Shown piece after piece: positions 8,982 to 18,395 of a stretch of 64,000 nt of DNA. The position numbers and the translations under genes are program-made. The notes under the pieces are model-generated. The model was not told where the DNA came from and did no database searches. It was given only the letters and a program-made list of their open reading frames with translations. Numbering within the stretch: the first letter of the stretch is position 1; every line of letters starts with the position of its first letter. Origin of the DNA: Candidatus Xenobia bacterium (lineage in GTDB: Bacteria > Vulcanimicrobiota > Xenobia > Xenobiales > QWHO01); contig BTUM01000025.1 in assembly GCA_045863235.1 (NCBI GenBank), positions 23,022-87,021 on the forward strand, written 5' to 3'.

Positions 8982-9229
8982 CGTTGTTACCTCCTCAGTT
9001 TCTGTCTGCAGCTGCACGACCAGGGTAGCAGCCGAGCAGAGGTCTGAAGAGCGCATTTTGTTTCCAGGTTGTTTCGGTCGAGAACTTTGTGTAAATGGGT
9101 TTTTGTCCTGAAGGGAAAATCGGTGAAATATACAGACATTGTTTTGTGTTTGTAGATGCAGAAGCGAGGAACGGACCCATTGGCGAAAGAACCCCGCCCT
9201 GTGAGCAATCTGACCTCCGACCTGCGAGC

Positions 9230-9949
9230 TTGAGGACCGACCTCGCCGAGGCCCGGCGCACTCTGCACAGAGCCCGGCGCATCGTGGTCTTGACCGGAGC
9301 CGGCGTCTCGGCCGAGAGCGGAGTGCCCACGTTTCGCGGGGAGGAAGGGCTCTGGAAGTCCTATCGCCCGGAAGAGCTGGCCAGCGCGGATGCTTTCGAG
9401 GCCAACCCCGAGCTGGTCTGGGAGTGGTATCTGTGGCGCCAGAGCGTCGTCGCGGGGTGCGAGCCCAACCCGGCCCACCGGGCCCTGGTCGAGCTCGAGC
9501 GGCGCTCGAGCAGCTTCACGCTGATCACCCAGAACATCGACGGTCTGCACCAGAAGGCTGGCAGCCTGAACGTGGAGGAGCTGCACGGCAACCTCTGGCG
9601 CGCCCGCTGCACGCGCGAGGGAAAGCCCCGTGACTTCTCCGGGCAGCTCAAGTGCGAGTGCGGAGCCTGGCTGCGACCGCACATCGTGTGGTTCGGCGAG
9701 GCGCTCGACTCCACCATGGTGGCGCTCTGCTTTCACGCCGCCGAGCGCAGCGAAGTGTTTCTGGTGGTTGGAACCTCGGGACTGGTCGCGCCCGCCAACA
9801 GGTTGCCGCGGACGGCCGCCGGCTATGGGGCCACGGTGATCGAGATTAACACCGAGCCCACGCCCCTGTCCCATGCAGCCGACTTCTTCCTGGCCGGGCC
9901 TGCGGGCGAGCTGCTCCCGAAACTGGTGGCCAAAGACCCGCCATCCTGA
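9230..9949 (+). CDS. cobB: NAD-dependent protein deacylase (sirtuin, class III)
   Basis: GAGVSAESGVPTFRG, WEWY..R, TQNIDGLH, LHG, LRPHIVWFGE, VGTSG.V.PA; start estimated at TTG 9230. Confidence 0.92.
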   Translation: MRTDLAEARRTLHRARRIVVLTGAGVSAESGVPTFRGEEGLWKSYRPEELASADAFEANPELVWEWYLWRQSVVAGCEPNPAHRALVELERRSSSFTLITQNIDGLHQKAGSLNVEELHGNLWRARCTREGKPRDFSGQLKCECGAWLRPHIVWFGEALDSTMVALCFHAAERSEVFLVVGTSGLVAPANRLPRTAAGYGATVIEINTEPTPLSHAADFFLAGPAGELLPKLVAKDPPS

Positions 9950-9975
9950 AGGGACTATAACGAGCCCACCAGCAG

Positions 9976-10542
9976 CTACGAACTGGCTCGCCGCAGCATT
10001 TCGTGAAAGGTCGAAACCAGGGTCGAGTCATCCAGTGCCTGCTCGAACTCCCGCAGCCAGCGCTCAACATAGCCCTGGTCCAAATGGCCTCGCTGCCGGG
10101 CCACCACCGAGCTGGCGTCCTCGTGATCCCGGGCTCGTGTTGAGATGAGCTTGTAGACGACGAGGTCCTCGGCACTGCAGATCCGGGCTCTCTTTCCGGG
10201 TTGGACCTCGACTTCCACGGCTCTTGCGATGGCTTCCCGGTCGAAACCCAGGTCAGCGAGCAGAAAGTCCACGCGGGTGTTGTCCGAGTCTTTGGTAAAG
10301 ATGAATCCAACGGACCGCAGCGTACTCAGCGGCTGGTCCACGAGCAGGGTGTAGCTCGAGGCCAGCAAGTTTAACAAGGTTTGAGCCTGGCTGCGATCCA
10401 GCAAGACCTTCAGATCCACGTCTTGCGTCGCTCGGGCCCGACCCCAGGCGGCTACAGCCAATCCGCCAACGGCTGCCGAGTCGATGCCTGCTCGACTCAG
10501 CTCACTCTGGGCTCGCAGCAGCGAGTCAAAGAGCCTCTCCAA
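9976..10542 (-). CDS. Nucleotidyltransferase toxin, AbiEii/DUF1814 superfamily (MenT1-like)
   Basis: GGLAV...G.ARATQDVD, VDFLLA, EDLVVYKL...R..D..D motifs. Confidence 0.75.
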   Translation of the reverse strand: MERLFDSLLRAQSELSRAGIDSAAVGGLAVAAWGRARATQDVDLKVLLDRSQAQTLLNLLASSYTLLVDQPLSTLRSVGFIFTKDSDNTRVDFLLADLGFDREAIARAVEVEVQPGKRARICSAEDLVVYKLISTRARDHEDASSVVARQRGHLDQGYVERWLREFEQALDDSTLVSTFHEMLRRASS

Positions 10543-10774
10543 GCCTCTCCTTACGCCAGTCCGCTGCTCTGCGCAGGCGCTCTTGCAGAATCGAGAGATG
10601 CTCGTAGTCCTCGGCGATCGCTTCGGCTTCCCACGAGCGCAGGTGCGGTGCGAACTCGCGGCACAGTTGCTCGAGCTGGGCCATGCTCTCGGCCTGCGAC
10701 GTGCGGCGCAGCAGCTCGTTCTCGAGCCGCTCCATCTCCTCGTAGGTGCGTCGAAACTCCCGCGCGTCCATCAC
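10526..10774 (-). CDS. Small charged helical protein, putative antitoxin of the downstream nucleotidyltransferase
   Basis: 82 aa, overlaps the toxin start by 17 nt, typical two-gene TA layout. Confidence 0.6.
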   Translation of the reverse strand: MMDAREFRRTYEEMERLENELLRRTSQAESMAQLEQLCREFAPHLRSWEAEAIAEDYEHLSILQERLRRAADWRKERLGEAL

Positions 10775-10895
10775 TGCTTTTCTCGTCGTCGAATGCCTGC
10801 GACCCGTCGTCGCGCCATTTCATTCGATTTCAAGCCGCCAGGGTGGGCTCCTGCAGTCTGGATTCGAGGCCACCGGAATCCCACCCTGGTCACGT

Positions 10896-11337
10896 TCACA
10901 GCGTGAGCACCATCCCGACGAGCGTGCTGCCGATCCTGAAATACTGCACCGGCGTGATCCTTTCTTTGAGGACAAGGCGCGCAAAGGCGATGGTCACCAC
11001 CGGAGAGGCGGCTGTCAGCGGGGCCACGACGGAGACTGGACCGTAGCGGGTGGCGACGATAACCGCGGCGTCGCCGCCGGCCATCATCGCCATGGGGAGG
11101 CTCGAGTGCCAGAGGATCCAGCCCAGCCCGTCCAGGACGTAGGCCATCAGAGAGCAGAGCAGAAAGGTTCGCCCGGGCTGCGCGAACGGGTCGGGATGCT
11201 GGTGGCTCAGGAAATACCCCGCTCCCACCGAGCGCGCGATGACGAAGAACAGGCAGAAGCGGGCGGGTGAGACCCTGCCCCAGGCCATAGAGCAGCAGGG
11301 CGGCCAGGGCGCTGGGAAGCCAGTCCCCGGGATTCAC
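10896..11337 (-). pseudogene. EamA/DMT transporter pseudogene (frameshift plus internal deletion)
   Basis: N-terminus WLPSALAALLLYGLGQGL in one frame; SPARFCLFF...GPVSVVAPLTAASPVVTIAFARLVLKERIT in another; about half the normal length. Confidence 0.7.
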
Positions 11338-11433
11338 GGTGGCCCGATCATGAGTCCGGGATCATACTGAGCACTACTCCCGGCGAGTCGTTCTCGAATG
11401 CTTCGGGTTCTCCCCTGAGCTCCCAACGAGTAG

Positions 11434-11447
11434 ATGACCTGGATCAT
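11434..11447 (+). promoter_or_regulatory. Crp/Fnr-type box ATGAC-CTGG-ATCAT centred -41.5 from GTG 11482
   Basis: 22 nt to -10 TAGGAT (11470-11475); leaderless start. Confidence 0.7.
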
Positions 11448-11481
11448 CCCCCCGTTCTCCGTCCCCTGTTAGGATGGCCGC

Positions 11482-12564
11482 GTGACAGTCCACAGGCGCT
11501 TTCTCAAGACCTCGCTCGTCTTCCTGACCCTGTTCGGCTCTCTGATCGGCGCCATGATGCTGGTGCAACTGGCCGGCTGGATGCCGGCCCGGGCCTTCCA
11601 GGCCCACCTGGTGGCCCACGCCTCCTTTCAGGTCTACGGGTTCATGCTGCTCTTCATCCAGGGCATCTCCCTGGCCATGCTTCGCACTCCTTGCTTCCCC
11701 CGGGCCCTGATTCCCCTGACCCTGGCGCTCACTACGCTGGGAGTGCTGCTCTCGGCCTTCGCCGAGCTGGGCGTGCCGGTCTGGGCCGGAAGAACCGCCC
11801 TGACTCTGGGCAGCCTGCCCCTGGTCTGGCTGTCCTGGCCCTACGGCCCCTATCTGGTGAGCGGTTCTCTGTGGCTGCTGGCGGGCATCCTCACCGGGCG
11901 CTACGACCTGGTGCTGTGGGGCTTTGCCACCCTCTTCGTGCTGGGGCTGGGGCAGCGCATGCACCCGGCCCTGCTCGGTCAGCCGGCCGTGCCTCGCTGG
12001 GCCCGCCCCACCATCGCCATCCTGTGGAACCTCGGCCTGCTGCTGGACCAGCCGGCGCTGTTGCTGCTGGCCGCCTCGCTGCAGTGCGCCGGGCTGAGGG
12101 TGTTCCGAGCCGCCCTCCGCCCCGGCCGGCTGGCCTGGGACCTGCGCAGCTACCTGCGCTTGAGCTACGCCTGGTTGATGGTGGCCTGCCTGATGGCGGT
12201 CCTGCAGGCGCCCCCGAGCCTGACCCGGCACACCCTGGCCTCTGGCTTCCTCTTGACCATGATGGCCGGAATGGCTCTTCGCATCGTCCCCGCCCTTGAA
12301 AGGCGGGCCATCACCGCCCCCGGCAGGCCGGCCCTCATTCTGCTGGGCCTCCAGCTCGGAGCCATCCTTCGACTGGGAGCTCAGGCCGCCGGCCTGTCCC
12401 AGGTGATGGCTCTGGGAGGGCTGGTCCAGCTTCTGGCCGTTACCACGTTCGCAGTCGTCCTGTGGCAGACCATGCGCCCTCAACCCTTGACCTGGATCAA
12501 TTTCCTACCTCAGGCCGGCTGTTACGCTGGTCCCACACAACGAAGGGAGCTCATATCCTCGTGA
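11482..12564 (+). CDS. NnrS-like polytopic membrane protein
   Basis: Many TM helices; HASFQVYGF and RHTLASGF...MAGMALR motifs; adjacent to nosZ. Confidence 0.6.
   Translation: MTVHRRFLKTSLVFLTLFGSLIGAMMLVQLAGWMPARAFQAHLVAHASFQVYGFMLLFIQGISLAMLRTPCFPRALIPLTLALTTLGVLLSAFAELGVPVWAGRTALTLGSLPLVWLSWPYGPYLVSGSLWLLAGILTGRYDLVLWGFATLFVLGLGQRMHPALLGQPAVPRWARPTIAILWNLGLLLDQPALLLLAASLQCAGLRVFRAALRPGRLAWDLRSYLRLSYAWLMVACLMAVLQAPPSLTRHTLASGFLLTMMAGMALRIVPALERRAITAPGRPALILLGLQLGAILRLGAQAAGLSQVMALGGLVQLLAVTTFAVVLWQTMRPQPLTWINFLPQAGCYAGPTQRRELISS
12487..12500 (+). promoter_or_regulatory. Fnr/DNR-type box TTGAC-CTGG-ATCAA for nosZ, inside the 3' end of the upstream ORF
   Basis: One mismatch to TTGAT-N4-ATCAA; 22 nt to -10 TACGCT (12523-12528). 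Confidence 0.75.
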
Positions 12565-14570
12565 ATCGAATCTATCCAGCTCTAGCATTGATGTTGCTGG
12601 CTGCCGGCTGCTCCCAGGGCCCGAGTGCGACTCCAAGCCCTGGGGCGGGAGGCGGCCTCCCGGCCGAAGTGATGCAGGTGGCTCAGGAGCGGGGGCTCAC
12701 CCCCGATGACCTGTACGCTGCCGCCAAGACGTTCATGCCGACCGGCAAACTCGACCCTTACTTCATCTTCAGCTCGGGGGGACATTCGGGCCAGGTGCAC
12801 GTCATCGGCGTGCCCTCCATGCGACTCTTGAAAACCATCGCCGTCTTCGCCCCCGAGCCCTGGCAAGGCTACGGCTACGGTGGCGGGCCGTCCAGGGTGC
12901 TCAAAGAGGGCAACATGCCCTCGGGCAAGGAGTTGAGCTGGGGAGACACCCACCACCCCGGCCTGTCCGAGACCAAGGGCAGCTATGATGGCAAGTTCCT
13001 CTTCATCAACGACAAGGCCAATGCGCGCCTGGCGGTGATCGACCTGCGCGACTTCGAGACCAAGCAGATCGTTAAGAACCCCAATGCCATCAGCGACCAT
13101 GGGGGCTCGTTCGTGACCCCCAACACCGAGTACGTCATCGAGGGCCCCCAGTACGCCACCCCGGTGGGCTGGGAGTATGCCGACATCAAGGACTACAAGG
13201 ACAAGTACCGCGGCCTGATGACCTTCTGGAAGTTCGACCCGATGAAGGGCCGGGTGATTCCCGAGGAGTCCTTCCAGATGGAGCTGCCCCCCTACTGGCA
13301 GGACCTGGCTGACGCCGGCAAGGGCCCCAGCGACGGGCTGATCTTCTGCAACTCCTTCAACTCCGAGATGGCTACCGGCGGCGTCGAGTCGGGCAATCCC
13401 CCCTTCGAGGCCGGAGCGAGCAAGAACGACACCGACTTCTTGCACATCATCGACTGGAAGAAGGCCGAGCAGGTCGCCAAGGCCGGCAAGACCGAGACGG
13501 TCAACGGCATGCGCATCATCAAGCTGCCCACCGCCGTGGCCGAGAACCTGCTCTTCCTGACCCCCGAGCCCAAGAGCCCGCACGGGGTGGACGTCACTCC
13601 CAACGGCGAGTTCGCCGTGGTGGGCGGCAAGCTCGACCCCCACGTGACCATCTTCTCGGTGGACAAGATCCGCAAGCAGATGGCGGCGGGAAGCGACCAG
13701 AAAGACCCGTTCGGCATCCCGATCCTGCCGCTTGACTCCACCAAAGAGGCCCAGGTCGAGCTGGGCCTGGGGCCGCTGCACACGGTCTACGACGACAAAG
13801 GCTACGCCTACACGTCGATGTTCCTCGACTCGGCTGTAGCCCGCTGGACGCTGGGTGGCGAGTATGACAAGCTCAATCCCGAGCCCCCCTGGACCCTGGT
13901 CCAGAAGCTCCCGGTTCACTATAACATCGGCCACATCGCCTCGGTCGAGGGCGACACCGCCACCCCCGGCAACGGCTTCGTGGTGGCCCTCAACAAGTGG
14001 TCCACCGACCGCTTCGCCAACGTCGGACCGCTGCTGCCGCAGAACTTCCAGCTGGTGGACTCGTCCAAGACCGGCGAGAGCATGCGGCTGCTCTACGATA
14101 TGCCCATCGGCTTTGCAGAGCCCCACTATGTGCAGGTGATCCGCGCCGACCGGCTCAAGCCTTTTGAGGTCTACCCCGAGGTGGGCTACAACCCCGAGAC
14201 CAACCAGGTGGATCCCAAGGCCGTCACCAACCCCAAGCAGGCCGGCATCAAGCGAAACGGCAAGACCGTCGAGATCTCGATGCCGCTCATTCGCAGCCAC
14301 TACACCCCCGAGCACGTGCGCGTGAAACAGGGTGACAAGGTCATCTGGCACCTGACCAGCCTCGAGCGCACCCGCGACGCCACCCACGGCTTTGCGCTGG
14401 GGGGCTACAACATCAACCTGAGCCTGGAGCCGGGCGAGCACCAGACGGTGGAGTTCGTGGCCGACCAGCCGGGAGTCTTCCCCTTCTACTGCACCGAGTT
14501 CTGCTCGGCCCTGCACCTGGAGATGGTGGGCTACTTCTTCGTCGAGCCCGAGCCGGTGGCAGGCAAGTAG
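12561..14570 (+). CDS. nosZ: Nitrous-oxide reductase, clade II (Sec-dependent, predicted lipoprotein)
   Basis: SGGHSGQ, DTHHP, DHGG, PKSPHG, GPLH, EPH CuZ His motifs; CuA HGF...CTEFCSALHLEM; signal MNRIYPALALMLLAAGC with lipobox and no twin-Arg. Confidence 0.97.
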   Translation: MNRIYPALALMLLAAGCSQGPSATPSPGAGGGLPAEVMQVAQERGLTPDDLYAAAKTFMPTGKLDPYFIFSSGGHSGQVHVIGVPSMRLLKTIAVFAPEPWQGYGYGGGPSRVLKEGNMPSGKELSWGDTHHPGLSETKGSYDGKFLFINDKANARLAVIDLRDFETKQIVKNPNAISDHGGSFVTPNTEYVIEGPQYATPVGWEYADIKDYKDKYRGLMTFWKFDPMKGRVIPEESFQMELPPYWQDLADAGKGPSDGLIFCNSFNSEMATGGVESGNPPFEAGASKNDTDFLHIIDWKKAEQVAKAGKTETVNGMRIIKLPTAVAENLLFLTPEPKSPHGVDVTPNGEFAVVGGKLDPHVTIFSVDKIRKQMAAGSDQKDPFGIPILPLDSTKEAQVELGLGPLHTVYDDKGYAYTSMFLDSAVARWTLGGEYDKLNPEPPWTLVQKLPVHYNIGHIASVEGDTATPGNGFVVALNKWSTDRFANVGPLLPQNFQLVDSSKTGESMRLLYDMPIGFAEPHYVQVIRADRLKPFEVYPEVGYNPETNQVDPKAVTNPKQAGIKRNGKTVEISMPLIRSHYTPEHVRVKQGDKVIWHLTSLERTRDATHGFALGGYNINLSLEPGEHQTVEFVADQPGVFPFYCTEFCSALHLEMVGYFFVEPEPVAGK

Positions 14571-14620
14571 GAAGACCACTCGGGGGGGGAATTTCTGACC
14601 CCGAATGTGAGGAAAACAAG

Positions 14621-15289
14621 ATGAGTCGCTGGCTCTCGATCGACCCCGACCTGAAGGTGGTGCTGCCCGATGGCACGCTGCGCCCCATGAGCGACTACGA
14701 GTGGCCCACGGTGGTGCTGATGCTGGCCAGCTTGCTGCTGACTATCTCCCTCTTCGTCCCCTACTGGAGTCTCACCATGAAGGCCCCTCAGTATCCGCAG
14801 GGTCTGAAGGCGACCCTCTTTATCAACCGCGTCGAAGGGGACGTTGAGGAGATCGATGGCCTGAACCACTACCTGGGCATGCCGTCGCTCAACGAGGGGG
14901 GAAAGATCGAGCGCCAGATCTCGTTTCTGGCCGTGGTGGTGATGGCCAGCCTGGTGCTGGCGGCAGTGCTGGTGCACAACCGCTGGGCGGCCGTGCTGGC
15001 CCTCCCCTCGATCATCTTCCCGATTCTCTTCCTGGCAGACCTGAAATACATCCTGTATACCTACGGCCACAGCATCGATCCCCACTCGGCCCTGGGCCAG
15101 GCCATCAAGCCGTTCACCCCCCCCATCCTGGGCGAGGGCAAGATCGGCCAGTTCGTAACCCTGGCCGAGTGGGGACCTGGCCTGTACCTGACCATGGCTG
15201 CTTCGGTGCTGGTGATTTTCGGTCTCTACCTGCACCGCCGGGCCTACCGGGCGGTCTCGCAGGCGCGCAAGCGGGTGAACGCAAAGTGA
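14621..15289 (+). CDS. nosB: NosB-type membrane protein of clade II nos clusters
   Basis: PYW.L...APQYP.GL, EIDGLNHYLGM, YGH..DP, PFTPP..G; directly after nosZ. Confidence 0.8.
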   Translation: MSRWLSIDPDLKVVLPDGTLRPMSDYEWPTVVLMLASLLLTISLFVPYWSLTMKAPQYPQGLKATLFINRVEGDVEEIDGLNHYLGMPSLNEGGKIERQISFLAVVVMASLVLAAVLVHNRWAAVLALPSIIFPILFLADLKYILYTYGHSIDPHSALGQAIKPFTPPILGEGKIGQFVTLAEWGPGLYLTMAASVLVIFGLYLHRRAYRAVSQARKRVNAK

Positions 15290-17481
15290 GAGCCCTCTTG
15301 CTCATTCTCTGTCTTCTGGCGCCGGTCTGGGCCGAGCCCCGGCTGGTGTCGAGCGAGACGGAGCTGCGCGAGGCTCTCAGGACCTGTGACCACATCGTGG
15401 TGCTGCCCGGCCACTACCTCGGCCAGTTCGTGGTGGACCGGACCCTGGTGCTGGAAGGTCGGGACATGCCCGTGCTGGACGGCGGCGGGAAGGGCACGGT
15501 TCTGACCGTGAACGCCCCCGACGTCACCGTGCGCGGCTTCGAGTTCCGAGGCAGCGGGGTGGAGCCCGAGCAAGACCATTCCGGGGTCACCCTCAACGCC
15601 CCCCGCGCCCGGGTGGAGCGCAACCGCTTCCGAGAGGTGCTCTTCGGGGTGGTGGTGTCGCGCTCGGACCACTCGGTGGTGCGCGACAACGACATCCAGA
15701 GCAAGCCCGAGTTCGAGCTGGGTCGCAAGGGGGATGGCATCCGGGTCTGGTACAGCCAGGGCGTGGTGATCGAGGGCAATCGAGCCCGCGACTGCCGCGA
15801 CCTGGTGGCCTGGTACTCCTCCGACATCACCTTCCGCGGCAACCACGTATCCAATGGTCGCTATGGCGTGCACTTCATGTATTGCGATCGCAGCCGCGTG
15901 GAGGGCAACGTCCTGGAGGCCAACTCGGTGGGCATCTATACGATGTACTCGCGTCAGGTCGACCTCAAGGACAACCGAGTCACCGGGTGCCGCGGTGCCT
16001 CCGGCTATGCCCTGGGCTTCAAGGACGCCGACGACGTGGAGGCCACCGGTAACGTTCTGGTGGACAGCAAGGTGGGCCTGTTCCTGGATAGCACTCCCAC
16101 CCTGCCCGGATCGTTCTTCCGGTTCACTGGCAACGTGCTGGCCTTCAACGACGCCGGAGTGGCCCTCTTCCCCTCGGTCAAGGGCGCTAAACTCTGCGGC
16201 AACTCGTTCAATGAGAATGCCGAGCAGGTGCGCCTGGAAGGGGGAGGCCAGCAGCAGGGGAACTCGTTCGAGGGCAACTACTGGAGCGACTACACTGGCT
16301 GCGATCTGGACGGCGACGGGCGCGGCGACCAGCCTTATCGCTCTCAGAAGTTGTTCGAGAGCCTGGCGGCCCGCGATCCGAGCCTGCGTCTGTTTCAGGG
16401 CACCCTGGTGCAGATGGCGCTCGACAGCGCGGCGCGTCTTTTCCCGCTGGTGGCTCCTCAGCCCAAGCTGGAGGACCCCTCTCCCAGCCTGGCCCCCCCG
16501 GTGCTGCCCCCCCCGGCGCCGGTCCGTCCCACGATGCTGGGGTGGGCCTGGCCAGCCCTGACGCTGCTGGTTCTGGTCGCCCTGCGGATCAAAGTCCGAC
16601 CCACCCTTCGTCCCAAAGGAGTACCGGCGATGAACGCGGTCCTGAAACTCGAGAAGGTCACCAAGAAGTTCGGCCGCCTGACGGCCGTAGATGGGGTGTC
16701 TCTGGAGGTCAAGCCGGGTCAGGCCGTGGCCCTGTGGGGCGCCAACGGAGCCGGGAAGACCACCCTGATGCGCTGCCTGCTGGGCCTGCTCTCCTGTGAG
16801 GGCAAGCTGCTCATCGGGGAGTTCGACGCCCAGCGTCAGGGAAAGAAGGCCCGGGCCCTGCTGGGCTACGTGCCCCAGGAGCTCAGCTTTCACGACGACC
16901 TGAGTGTGGCCGAGACTCTGGAGCTCTACGCCACCCTGCGCGGCGTGCGCGATCCCGGCCAGGCCCTGGCCCGGGTCGGGCTTGATCACTGTCCCGAGCG
17001 CAAGGTGGGTCAGCTTTCGGGGGGCATGAAGCAGAGGTTGGCGCTGGCTCTGGCCCTGCTGGGGGATCCGCCCCTGCTGCTGCTGGATGAGCCCACCTCC
17101 AACCTGGACCTGCAGGGTCGCCAGGAGCTCTTGCACCTGCTGGGCGAGCTGCGCAGCCAGGGAAAGACGATGCTCTTCACCAGCCACCGGCTCGACGAGG
17201 TGCTGGCCCTGGCCGACCGGGTGGTGGTGCTCGAGCGCGGCAAGGTGACCCTGAGCGCGACGCCGGCCGAAATGGTGGGCCAGCAGGGTTGGCAGACGGT
17301 CATGAAGCTGCGCATGCCGTCCGAGAGCCTGGAGCAGGCACTGGAGCTCCTGGTCCGCTCCGGCTTTGCGGCCTCGCGCAACGGCACCGGGCTGTGGGTG
17401 GAGGTGCCCGGTGACCGCAAGGCTTCTCCTATCCAGACCCTGGCACGGGCAGGCATCGTGGTCACCGATTTCGAGATATGA
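15286..17481 (+). CDS. nosD: NosD (periplasmic beta-helix Cu-maturation protein) fused in frame via one TM helix to NosF (ABC ATPase)
   Basis: GTG 15286 overlaps nosB stop; signal peptide; GDGIRVWYS, RYGVHFMY, GNYWSDY.G.D.DGDG.GD..Y; TM helix; then GANGAGKTT, LSGGMKQR, LLLDEPT; internal SD AAAGGAG and ATG at 16630. Confidence 0.9.
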   Translation: MRALLLILCLLAPVWAEPRLVSSETELREALRTCDHIVVLPGHYLGQFVVDRTLVLEGRDMPVLDGGGKGTVLTVNAPDVTVRGFEFRGSGVEPEQDHSGVTLNAPRARVERNRFREVLFGVVVSRSDHSVVRDNDIQSKPEFELGRKGDGIRVWYSQGVVIEGNRARDCRDLVAWYSSDITFRGNHVSNGRYGVHFMYCDRSRVEGNVLEANSVGIYTMYSRQVDLKDNRVTGCRGASGYALGFKDADDVEATGNVLVDSKVGLFLDSTPTLPGSFFRFTGNVLAFNDAGVALFPSVKGAKLCGNSFNENAEQVRLEGGGQQQGNSFEGNYWSDYTGCDLDGDGRGDQPYRSQKLFESLAARDPSLRLFQGTLVQMALDSAARLFPLVAPQPKLEDPSPSLAPPVLPPPAPVRPTMLGWAWPALTLLVLVALRIKVRPTLRPKGVPAMNAVLKLEKVTKKFGRLTAVDGVSLEVKPGQAVALWGANGAGKTTLMRCLLGLLSCEGKLLIGEFDAQRQGKKARALLGYVPQELSFHDDLSVAETLELYATLRGVRDPGQALARVGLDHCPERKVGQLSGGMKQRLALALALLGDPPLLLLDEPTSNLDLQGRQELLHLLGELRSQGKTMLFTSHRLDEVLALADRVVVLERGKVTLSATPAEMVGQQGWQTVMKLRMPSESLEQALELLVRSGFAASRNGTGLWVEVPGDRKASPIQTLARAGIVVTDFEI

Positions 17482-17552
17482 GGTGGAGTGCTGGAGGACA
17501 TTTCGCGCTGACGGACTTGCCCAACGGAGGGTCAACAGATGAGGAGACGGTC

Positions 17553-18383
17553 ATGGAAATGAGCATCGTGCTGGCCATCGCGGCCAAAGAGATCAAAGAC
17601 GCCACCCGGAACCGCTGGTTCTGGCTCTACACGGCCGCCTTCGCTCTGCTCAGCTCGGCCCTGGCGGCGGCCGCGCTGCTCGGCTCAGGCTTTGGAGGGT
17701 TGGCCGGATTCGGGCGTACCACCGCCAGCATGATCAACCTGGTGCTGCTGATCGTGCCCTTGATGGGCCTGACCGCCGGCACCCTGAGCATGGCTGGCGA
17801 GCGCGAGCGCGGCACGCTGGCCTACCTGATGGCCCAGCCGGTGAGCCGATTCGAGGTCTTCTGGGGCAAGTTCGCCGGCCAGGTGGTGGCCCTGGTGAGC
17901 AGCCTGGTGCTCGGGTTCGCTCTCAGCGGCGGCCTGGTCGCCTGGCGGGGGGGCGCGGCCCAGAGCGCGCTCTATTTGACCCTGCTGGCGCTCAGCGCCA
18001 TGCTGGCGGTGGCCAGCCTGGGCCTGGGATTCTTGATCTCGGTGCTGGTGCGCCGCGCCTCGGCGGCCTTCGCGATCTCGGTGGTGACCTGGCTCGGCCT
18101 GGCCTTCCTGGCCGACCTGACCTTGCTGGGAATGGCCTCGGGGATGCGCCTGGGCGCCCAGCAGCTCTTTCACCTGAGCCTGCTCAACCCGCTGGAGGCC
18201 TTCCGGATGGCCAGCATCTTCTCGCTGCGCTCCAGCCTCGATTCGCTCGGTCCGGCCGGGCTGTATGCCACCCGCACTTATGGCTCGGCCACCCTGGCCC
18301 TGTTCATTGGGGCGCTGGCACTCTGGGCCTGCCTGCCCGCCACCCTGTCTTACGCGGTGTTTCGACGCCGTAGCATCCTGTGA
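17553..18383 (+). CDS. nosY: NosY ABC permease
   Basis: KEIKD..RNRW, ERERGTL..L.AQP.SR, LLNPLEAFR; SD GAGGAG before ATG 17553. Confidence 0.88.
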   Translation: MEMSIVLAIAAKEIKDATRNRWFWLYTAAFALLSSALAAAALLGSGFGGLAGFGRTTASMINLVLLIVPLMGLTAGTLSMAGERERGTLAYLMAQPVSRFEVFWGKFAGQVVALVSSLVLGFALSGGLVAWRGGAAQSALYLTLLALSAMLAVASLGLGFLISVLVRRASAAFAISVVTWLGLAFLADLTLLGMASGMRLGAQQLFHLSLLNPLEAFRMASIFSLRSSLDSLGPAGLYATRTYGSATLALFIGALALWACLPATLSYAVFRRRSIL

Positions 18384-18395
18384 GGTGAACGAGCC

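Noticed and set aside
9095..10774. Sirtuin plus nucleotidyltransferase as an anti-phage (Thoeris/DSR-like) system
   Set aside because: The sirtuin is an ordinary CobB-type deacylase and is convergent with, not co-transcribed with, the TA pair.
14576..14609. Terminator after nosZ
   Set aside because: Only a short imperfect stem with no U tract; at most an mRNA-stabilising hairpin.
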